Of a DNA stretch of 64,000 nucleotides, positions 40,916 to 48,609 are shown one piece after another. The first letter of the stretch is position 1. Each line of letters begins with the position of its first letter. The stretch is taken from the IMG/VR virus record IMGVR_UViG_3300024252_000004, positions 248,001-312,000 of that record, one strand, 5' to 3'. Position numbers and translations under genes: made by a program. The notes under the pieces are model-generated. The model saw only the letters and a program-made list of their open reading frames with translations. It ran no database searches and was not told the DNA's origin.

Positions 40916-41105
40916 AGAAGCGATTGCAAAAGTGATGTTTTGGAGAATCGTAATTTCGATTCCGTTAAGCACGATAGTTACATATTTGTATTACGGTCAA
41001 CTCTTCAAGGCTATTGGGTTTGTCATCTTGATGAACGTAATGATGACGGCGGCACACTTCGCTTTTGAAAAGGTTTGGCCTAAGATTTGGAGGAAGCTTG
41101 AGTAG
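40905..41105 (+). CDS. Small membrane protein
   Basis: Two hydrophobic helices. Confidence 0.55.
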   Translation: MKSKEAIAKVMFWRIVISIPLSTIVTYLYYGQLFKAIGFVILMNVMMTAAHFAFEKVWPKIWRKLE

Positions 41106-41203
41106 AAAAGAACACTGCCGGGTTTATTGATCCTGAAATTGCCATCAGACTTGGGGCCAATCGTCAAGGTTTTGGCGGGAACTGATAAAGTTTAGAGCAA
41201 AAT

Positions 41204-41232
41204 TTGCTAAATTTCTCGCAAGATGGTATATA
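41204..41232 (+). promoter_or_regulatory. Sigma70-type promoter, repeated family
   Basis: TTGCTA-N17-TATATA with TGn. Confidence 0.65.
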
Positions 41233-41293
41233 TGATTCACGGGATCGAAACGTGCCGACGTAGTTTGGATGCCATCTTCGAAAAACAAAATAA

Positions 41294-41386
41294 TGCGGGG
41301 TCGACTAGTCTGGCCCATGTCACCAGTCTCATAAGCTGGCTCTGAGTATACCTCAATCGTTGGTTCAAATCCAACCCCCGCACCCA
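41294..41386 (+). tRNA. tRNA(CAU) with fMet-like acceptor, 19-nt variable arm and C73
   Basis: TGCGGGG/CCCCGCA acceptor, loop CT-CAT-AA, variable arm TGAG-TATAC-CTCA. Confidence 0.8.
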
Positions 41387-41398
41387 TAATAGGAAACA

Positions 41399-42315
41399 AT
41401 GAGCATCTATAGAGTTCATCACATAGATCTTTTGAATGTTCTGACTTATCTTTCTGCTTTTGATAATAATGTACTTGAAAAAATACATTGTGATGGAGAG
41501 CAGGGAAGAGTAGTAATCTTTGTAGATCCTAAAGAAATACCCAAAAAAGATCTTGATCTTATTTTGGATTGCAATTGCGAAGTGGACGAGGAAGGCTTTT
41601 TCATCCTTAAACCCACGATCATTATTGCAAAATAGTTATGTTGTTGGTACGTGGGGACATGGTGAAACTGGATATCATGTTAGCCTTCTAAGCTTAAGTT
41701 CGGGGTTCGAGTCCCTGTGTCCCTGCCATCATCTTTTTGGAGTTTTCAAATGAAGTTAGAAAAGACTCAATTGAAAGCAGGATGGACTGTGGCTCTTAGG
41801 CCGGAAGATCCTACGAGATTCCGACTTATCAACCCTGATGGGTTTGGAGTAGCCTTAATTGGCCTCAAAGGCGAATGGTGGGGCACAAGCTATAATCTGT
41901 GGGATTCCCAAGGTGAAGAACATGGATATGAGGCGATAGACCCACCTGACATGCTGAGTGCGGTCAGAAATTGTGCAGCACACTGTGGTGCTTTAAAATA
42001 TGCGAAATGTGAGGAGTTGTAATGGAATGGATTGATATTGCCCACACGATGGGCCAACATAACTTTGACGATGTATCGATTTCCACATCGTCAACCACAA
42101 GTGTCATGAACCTTTCTAACGGTTGCCTCATGCGAGAGACCACTGTTACTGCACAAGGTAGTGTAACCACTTCTCCTATTCACCTTTCCGGCGTCCGCTA
42201 TGAGAACGGAGTGCTAAGGGCTCTTACCATGAAGGAAATGCTTGGCGACGAAATGGGCGAAATGGCAGAAAAAATGTCTGGACTTACCGGAATGCTCGGA
42301 AAGTTCGGAAAGTAA
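41399..42315 (+). CDS. Three small hypothetical ORFs (41399-41635, ~41749-42022, 42022-42315)
   Basis: ORF track. Confidence 0.5.
41653..41728 (+). tRNA. tRNA-Arg(UCU)
   Basis: Loop CT-TCT-AA, GCCA end. Confidence 0.88.
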
Positions 42316-42319
42316 TCAT

Positions 42320-42395
42320 AGCTGAGTAGCTCAATCGGTAGAGCAACAGGTTCATATCCTGTAGGTTGTAGGTTCAAGCCCTATCTCAGCTACCG
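42320..42395 (+). tRNA. tRNA(CAU), elongator Met or Ile2
   Basis: AGCTGAG/CTCAGCT acceptor, loop TT-CAT-AT, ends ACCG. Confidence 0.85.
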
Positions 42396-42452
42396 TAAAG
42401 TAGAAACATAGTTTGTGTTTCATTTAAACAATCATCAAAGGGGAGAATCATA

Positions 42453-42570
42453 ATGATCACCATCTTCAACACTGACCGACGTAGTACGCTCATGTTTAGT
42501 TTAAGGACTATTCATGTCTAAGTGTGCTCTCTCGGTTAAATAAAGAATTAGCTTTCGCCGGAGAGAGCAC
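42453..42570 (+). promoter_or_regulatory. Leader uORF (22 aa) followed by a long hairpin
   Basis: SD GGAG, MITIFNTDRRSTLMFSLRTIHV*, stem GTGCTCTCTCGG/CCGGAGAGAGCAC. Confidence 0.5.
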
Positions 42571-42591
42571 GTTCACCCACAGGAGGTTAGC

Positions 42592-43647
42592 GTGTATTAC
42601 GGTGATGAAAAGAAGAAAGAAATTATGAGAAGCATTCTTCCGTCCAAATGGGCAAAGGGTGCAAGAGAAGACAAAAGAGATCTCAACAAAAAGGTGCGAA
42701 GAACAGCTAAGAATGCTCTTCGTCATATTCGGGATGCAGAAGATTGGGATGACTCAAGCTTTGATTTCTGGGATGACGGACAGGATGAGCGTAGCTCGAT
42801 TGTGTGGAACAGACGAGGGGCTGACAAGCTCTCTCACTTCATGCGCTGGGCCGAGCACACTGCCAAGGATATTCCCGATGGGGAAAAGATGGGGTACATC
42901 AAAGGACTACTTCCCGGTAAGGGAGTAATCTTTGATCACGCTTGTGGTCACCTTGAGCACCTCGATGGCTTTGATAGCGACACCTATATCTGGAGTTCTT
43001 ACTGGAGAAGAAGAGATAAGGATGTTCTTAGCAGAGCAGATCTAATTCGTCTTCTTGAGAAGGTTTGTGAGGTTCGCAAGTTCCACGGTTACCTTAACGA
43101 TGCAATTAAGAAGCGTCATAAGAAGACTTATTGGCGTCGCGTTCTTCGCATCGAAGAGTACAATCATTATAAGACTGCGCGGATTGGTGGCGAAATAGTG
43201 AAGGTTAGTCCTCCCGAAGTAAGGGTAAGGTACCATACTGACTCTCAGGATAAGACCATTGCACCTCGTCAGCTTATGGGTATGTACGACGTTGAGAATT
43301 TCGTTGATGATATTATTTGCGTTTCCAAGTGCAAAGAGTGGATTGATAAGTCTGGGTACCGAAGTCGGGTCAGAAATCCAAACGTAAGATATTCTTGGGA
43401 GCAGGGTTCCTACCGGTTTATGGACGGGAAGGTTCCCAATCCTGATTACCATCCCGAATGGATTGAGACTGTCAAATACTTCATCGAAGATTTTCTTAAA
43501 AATACTCATAAGCTTAAGGGGTTCAGCGTCTTTACTTCGTTCAGAAGAAGAACTTATGATTGGGAGAACTCAGATCCGCGCAGGTCTAAATTTGTCTGGA
43601 GGACGGACAGAGTTAAGCGTAGCTACGTCTACGATTGGAAACTTTAA
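42592..43647 (+). CDS. Basic hypothetical protein
   Basis: SD AGGAGG, GTG start. Confidence 0.75.
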   Translation: MYYGDEKKKEIMRSILPSKWAKGAREDKRDLNKKVRRTAKNALRHIRDAEDWDDSSFDFWDDGQDERSSIVWNRRGADKLSHFMRWAEHTAKDIPDGEKMGYIKGLLPGKGVIFDHACGHLEHLDGFDSDTYIWSSYWRRRDKDVLSRADLIRLLEKVCEVRKFHGYLNDAIKKRHKKTYWRRVLRIEEYNHYKTARIGGEIVKVSPPEVRVRYHTDSQDKTIAPRQLMGMYDVENFVDDIICVSKCKEWIDKSGYRSRVRNPNVRYSWEQGSYRFMDGKVPNPDYHPEWIETVKYFIEDFLKNTHKLKGFSVFTSFRRRTYDWENSDPRRSKFVWRTDRVKRSYVYDWKL

Positions 43648-43686
43648 TTTGCTTTATCCTTTACTACCCAGTAGTAAAGGATATAT

Positions 43687-43763
43687 GGCCCCATAGTCTA
43701 ATTGGATAAGGCACTTGATTACGAATCAAGAAACTGCAAGTTCGAATCTTGCTGGGGCTACCA
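43687..43763 (+). tRNA. tRNA-Arg(ACG)
   Basis: Loop TT-ACG-AA; preceded by a perfect 13-bp hairpin at 43655-43683. Confidence 0.9.
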
Positions 43764-43780
43764 TTGCAAATGAGGGAATA

Positions 43781-45548
43781 ATGAGCATTGAAGATCACGA
43801 ACTCTTATCACTACCATTCATCAAAAGGGTGTATAATCCTAATGAGAAAGTGGGATATAAGAGGTTCAAAATAGTTGAAACCAATTATGGTTTTGACTAT
43901 AAGATCCGAGGAGACATTTGCTCCCCCATTATGCGGTTTCGAAAAAACGGATATAACTTCAAAGGTAGAAAGGGACCTGTTGATTTCCAAGTTGTATTAG
44001 ATACTGTCCCTGAAGAATATATTGCGTTTCTCATCTTCTGCCAGGAAGTATTTGATTATGAAGAATCTGAAAATTGGTAAAGAAATGCTGTACGCACCCA
44101 TAGTTTAATCGGCCAAAACGCTTCCTTGGTAAGGAAGTAATATGAGTTCAAGTCTCGTTGGGTGCTCCATACAGCAAAGTATGGAGAGAAGAATTGTTAT
44201 TTGAATACGCTGATCTTGAAAATTATAATGAAATGATTTCGGAAATGGGGCAAGAAGAAAGGATAGGCTTTGAAGACCTGTTCGGTTTTTTTGAAATAGA
44301 CATAGTAGAACATAGGGATGCTTTGAAAAAAGAACTCACCTATACTGGAAGCGATGTTGTGTATCACAACTATGAGGTAAAAGGGACAAACATTATATTT
44401 TGCCTGCTTAAGGCAGATTCCGAATCAATGAAGCACGTTTTCAAAAAAATTGAGTTTTTCGAAAAGGGTCTTCATATTAAGGTAGTTCCATTTGAAATGG
44501 TCATTGATCATCTTCCTGAAAATATGTGCGAACATCTCATCATACAGATAGGGAGGCTATTCCGTGAAGACAGAATTTGAACATCTTATGGATGATATAG
44601 ACAAATCACAGTTCTTCGTTAGAGATTCCATTTACTCTATTGAGCCAATTTGGTACTATGCAGATTTCGAGATTAAGGCGAAGAATAGGAAATTTAGTAG
44701 CTTTGCTTATCTTCTAATGAAGATCGAGCTAACTGGAAATATAACTTGGCTTGTGACTAATAGGCCAAATGGTATTTCTTTCAAAAATAATCACGGGCTC
44801 AAATCTGTTTCTAAAGAATACGCTATCGATGTCTTGTCGGAAGATGAAAGTGTTCTTTCTAAATTTGCAGAACTAACTCCCGTTATATTTAAGTGATCCA
44901 TGTCTAAAAACTCAAAGCTATACGTAACAGGAAAGACCGAAGACGGCAGACCAATGATTGGTGGCTGGTTCGCTATGGTGGCGACATATGGTATCCCAAT
45001 AGATACAGTTATCAGTTATCTGGACGACTCGGGGCACATGCCAGATTGGTTAGAGTTTTACTTTACCGCCGTTAGTGAGGGATGGAACGCAAAGCGTACC
45101 ATAGGGAGACTGAGGCAAGCCGTTGCCGACGTTTACGGACCAGAGTTCAGAGAAGGCTGGTCTGAAAGGTTCGAACCAATTCTAAAAAGATTAGAGGTAG
45201 AAAATGAGCGAGAAAGAAAGTGTTCTGGAGACTCTGGCTGAAGAGCTTAGAGCAAATCCCGAAGGAGCTATTATGCTTCTTGAGGCAATGACAAATGTTG
45301 TGAGGCCATGGGAAAGTTTAAGAAGCGAAGGTCAGTCTGTCATGCACGCATATAGAAGGCTTACCGCGATGGGTGTAGAGGTTGCTTTAATCGAAAGCAG
45401 CGCACCCACATGGATTCTAACTATTGGAGGCGAACGTTTTACAGGCGGCAAAGTCTTCAATAGAAAGGGTGCCGAAGTTGAAGCTAAGGCTTTGCTTGAT
45501 GCAGAGTTAGCAGAGCGAGGTTTTGTTCTCATGGATTCGCAAGCATGA
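43781..45548 (+). CDS. Five hypothetical ORFs (~43781-44080, within 44158-44580, 44564-44896, 44900-45241, 45204-45548)
   Basis: ORF track; starts adjusted to avoid the tRNA genes. Confidence 0.55.
44094..44169 (+). tRNA. tRNA-Thr(GGU)
   Basis: Loop TT-GGT-AA, U73-CCA. Confidence 0.9.
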
Positions 45549-45581
45549 TAAAAGCCGGGTAATCGGTTTTAGAAGCGAATT

Positions 45582-45610
45582 TTTCTAAATTTCTCGTAGG
45601 ATGTTATAGA
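45582..45610 (+). promoter_or_regulatory. Sigma70-type promoter, repeated family
   Basis: TTTCTA-N17-TATAGA with TGn. Confidence 0.6.
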
Positions 45611-45671
45611 AAAAATAGATACGGTTTTGCTTTTAACCTTCGTCATGCGTAGGATAAAAGCACCGTTTAAT

Positions 45672-45759
45672 GGGTCGTTATCCCGTAGGGGCAGCGGTGG
45701 AGACTGTAAATCTCCTGTCATTATTGACTCGGTTGGTTCGACTCCAGCACGGCCCACCA
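45672..45759 (+). tRNA. tRNA-Tyr(GUA)
   Basis: Loop CT-GTA-AA, long variable arm, ACCA end. Confidence 0.9.
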
Positions 45760-45850
45760 TATTTGTGAAGCGATACATCGATAAACACTGACCACGGCTA
45801 CGGGCGGGATGATGAAGGGGCAGTAGCCTGTCCCAAATCGCTCACAAATA
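45760..45850 (+). ncRNA. Candidate structured RNA with an H-type pseudoknot
   Basis: Closing stem TATTTGTGA.GCGAT/ATCGCTCACAAATA; GGCTAC/GTAGCC; GGGATG/TGTCCC. Confidence 0.6.
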
Positions 45851-45857
45851 TACTTTC

Positions 45858-45921
45858 GGGACAGTCTCTTGTAGGAAAGATTACGCGCGTGACATCGGTT
45901 CAATTCCGATCTGTTCCACCA
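45858..45921 (+). ncRNA. 64-nt anticodon-less tRNA-like RNA with alanine identity
   Basis: GGGACAG/CTGTTCC (G3-U70), A73-CCA, T-arm ATCGG-TTCAATT-CCGAT; only 29 nt between acceptor and T-arm. Confidence 0.75.
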
Positions 45922-46433
45922 CTGAATCGTCCATCACCTGATAGGAAGTGATCAACTTCGTGACAGGTCGGACAAACAATCTCTAAGTTCTCAATCGAGT
46001 TATTCTCTCTATTGCGATCTTTATGATGAACTTGTAGAACTTCAGGATGCTTATCGTATCCGCAATGAGAGCATATCTGTTCAAGATGCTCTTTTGCAGT
46101 TTTGCGATAATCCTTTCGGTTATCAGTATAGTGCGGCGGATGAATTTCTTTTATCCCTCCTATCCTTTGTGCAATATCTTTGCAATTTCTTGAGCAAAAA
46201 ACAAATCCGCTTTTAGATGCAGCAATCTTAGAGGCAGACCTGTAAAAGTCTTTATCACAAATAGCACAAACACAATTTGGCTTTTGTATCTTCGGATTTT
46301 TCTTTCTCCATTCAAAAGAGCATTTGCGATTGCAAAATTTTGCGTTTCCTCTGTTTAATTCTTTAATTTCTGCATCAAATTGCGTATAACAATTTAAGCA
46401 ACTTTTCTTAATGGTTCTACCTTTGTAAGACAT
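45900..46433 (-). mobile_element. HNH homing endonuclease with N-terminal Zn-finger repeats
   Basis: FCNRKC, FCSRNC, CSHCG...LQVHHKDRNRENNSIENLEIVCPTCH. Confidence 0.88.
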
Positions 46434-46454
46434 AATAAATTCCTTTAATTATAT

Positions 46455-46530
46455 GGGGCCTTAGCTCAATTGGGAGAGCGCGACATTTGCAATGTCGAGG
46501 TCGCGAGTTCGATCCTCGCAGGCTCCACCA
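46455..46530 (+). tRNA. tRNA-Ala(UGC)
   Basis: GGGGCCT/AGGCTCC acceptor, loop TT-TGC-AA. Confidence 0.93.
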
Positions 46531-46589
46531 TGCAAATCAATTATACTCCACCGCAGAGTATAACACATAATTAAAGTAAGACTACACAT

Positions 46590-46609
46590 TCTCCCTTAGC
46601 TCAGTTGGT
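46590..46609 (+). pseudogene. 5' fragment of a disrupted tRNA gene
   Basis: TCTCCCT-TAGCTCAGTTGGT ends at the HNH stop codon. Confidence 0.6.
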
Positions 46610-47094
46610 TAATTCCATTTTGGTTTTAACTTATAGTGTTCTTCTCTGTGGCAGTTTGCACACAGCATGACGCATTTGTCAAGTTCAGCTTTAATGGTAT
46701 CCCAGGCATAAGTATTCCCAGAGCCAATGCCGAAATCTTTCTCGTTTGGTTCTAAATGGTGAAAATCAAATGCATCAATACATTTGTCATATCCACAATA
46801 CTCGCACTTTTCTCCTTTATATTCTACGGCTTTAATCTTACACTGCCATCTTCTTTTTTGCACATAGTACTTGTTCTTACACTTTTTTGAGCAAAATTTT
46901 CCTGAAGATGGCAAGTCACACAAATGCCATGTGCATTCCAAAGCTTTTGACTTTTCTTTATTTTTTGGAGAAGTTGATAGTCCAAATTTCTTAAGCCAAT
47001 GACGAACATTTGTTTGCGAGCAAGATAGCTCTTTTGCGATTTCTCTGGTAGAATAATTATTATCAACTAATAACTTTAAAGTTTCTAATTCCAT
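46609..47094 (-). mobile_element. HNH homing endonuclease with N-terminal HTH
   Basis: STREIAKELSCSQTNVRHWL; CEYCGY...FDFHH...KCVMLCANCHREEH. Confidence 0.88.
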
Positions 47095-47134
47095 AGTTCA
47101 CCTCATGTAATTATATGAGGTTAATAATAGATGA

Positions 47135-47221
47135 GCTACTGTGGCCGAGCGGTTGAAGGCAGCAGGCTGTTAACCTGCCTGGGAAACCACATCATAGGTT
47201 CAAATCCTATCGGTAGCGCCA
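47135..47221 (+). tRNA. tRNA-Asn(GUU) on a class II-like body
   Basis: Loop CT-GTT-AA; variable arm TGG-GAAA-CCA; G73. Confidence 0.85.
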
Positions 47222-47248
47222 AATTTAATAAGAGGCTGAACATGAGCC

Positions 47249-47497
47249 TTGCAGGGAGAGCCAATTATTAAAGAATCAGATAAGAATAATGGAGTATGCT
47301 ATCCGGCAACGTCGATCAAAGTGATTCCCCTTGTTGAGGGAATTAGATTGCGGCCGAAGATGTACGGTTTGACAGAAGATCAGGTATCCAATATGAGTGA
47401 TCAGATGATCAAAGATTGGTACGAAGATTGTGAAAACGTATGCGAGCATGATTTAGATATTGCGAGAGTGTCGGACACCTTTGATCCCAGCGGGTAG
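47249..47497 (+). CDS. Small protein carrying a GyrB/ParE N-terminal-like motif
   Basis: YPATSIKVIPLVEGIRLRPKMYG. Confidence 0.5.
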   Translation: MQGEPIIKESDKNNGVCYPATSIKVIPLVEGIRLRPKMYGLTEDQVSNMSDQMIKDWYEDCENVCEHDLDIARVSDTFDPSG

Positions 47498-47671
47498 GGG
47501 TCGAGATAACGCGGTCAAGTAGAGTTCCCAAAGGGCTGTTTATGATACGGTCACAATCGAACGACCTAGAGTTATACCTGATTTGAATTCGGGCAATGGG
47601 CTGGCCAATAGTCCTTAGACGTAATCCTGTTGAAGTCGTCGCAGGTCCCACTTGAGGGTTGTTTTGGACAT

Positions 47672-47747
47672 GGGTGCTTAGTGTCAACGGCAAGCACGAT
47701 TGGCTGTTAACCAATTAGTTTGGGTTCAAATCCCAAAGTACCCGCCA
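47672..47747 (+). tRNA. tRNA-Asn(GUU), canonical body
   Basis: Loop CT-GTT-AA, G73-CCA. Confidence 0.9.
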
Positions 47748-48053
47748 CAAAGTATCAAAAGGTTTTGTCATTATGAAAGAGATTTTTGGACCTTGGGTTA
47801 AGGCTGCAAGGTGTTTGGATTGCGACGACGGCTTTAAAAGCAAATGGAGTGCCTGGATTGAAGAAAGTGATTTTGATACAGAGGAAGAGATGTTGGGGCA
47901 AACTCTCATCTGCCGCTCATGTGGCTCGATATTCAAATGGCAAAAAGCTGTCGGAAGAAAAATCAAAACGTATAAAACATCTTGGATTTTTCTTGACAAA
48001 TTGGTTAAAAGCGAATGGGAATGGCGACACGAAGCTGTTCTGGAAGGAATAAA

Positions 48054-48473
48054 TTGAAAAGAGTTTATGTTGATATGGACGGAGTCCTTTGTGATTACGT
48101 TGCAAAATTTACAGAACTCCGTAACGAAGGAAACAAGTTTCCTCAGCAAAGCTTTGACTTCTTCAGAAGTATGAAGCCTATGCCATCGGCTCTTGCAGCT
48201 ATGGGAATACTATCTAAACATTTCGATGTTTGGATTTTGACTAAGCCTTCCTACAAAAACCCTATGTCTTATACAGAAAAGAGACTTTGGGTTGAGGACC
48301 ATCTTGGTCTGGATTGGTGTAAGAAGCTGATCCTTTGTCCTGATAAGGGATTGGTTATAGGAGATTATCTTATTGATGATTTCTTGTGGCCTGAATTTCA
48401 AGGTGAACAAGTTCATTTTGGTTCAAATAGATTTCCAAATTGGAGATCGGTAATAGATTATATGCGCCCGTGA
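48054..48473 (+). CDS. 5'(3')-deoxyribonucleotidase (NT5C-like HAD)
   Basis: YVDMDGVLCD, WILTKP, EKRLWVEDHLG, GDYLIDD. Confidence 0.88.
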   Translation: MKRVYVDMDGVLCDYVAKFTELRNEGNKFPQQSFDFFRSMKPMPSALAAMGILSKHFDVWILTKPSYKNPMSYTEKRLWVEDHLGLDWCKKLILCPDKGLVIGDYLIDDFLWPEFQGEQVHFGSNRFPNWRSVIDYMRP

Positions 48474-48554
48474 GCCGAGTGGTTGATGGCCCCAGACTCT
48501 TAATCTGGTACAGGTAGTGCTGCAACGTAGGTTCGAATCCTACCGGGCGTACCA
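48464..48554 (+). tRNA. tRNA-Lys(CUU) on a class II-like body
   Basis: Loop CT-CTT-AA; 18-nt variable region; A73. Confidence 0.85.
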
Positions 48555-48609
48555 TATAAAACGATAACATAAATATATGAGCAGTTCATTTTAAATAGCG
48601 GAGACTTAG

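Noticed and set aside
45760-45850. Theta/HDV-like, twister, pistol or hammerhead ribozyme at the tRNA-Tyr 3' end
   Set aside because: Catalytic-core consensus nucleotides as I recall them are not present.
45858-45921. Complete or permuted tmRNA (ssrA)
   Set aside because: No tag reading frame or extended helix 2 is linked to it; only the tRNA-like domain is present.
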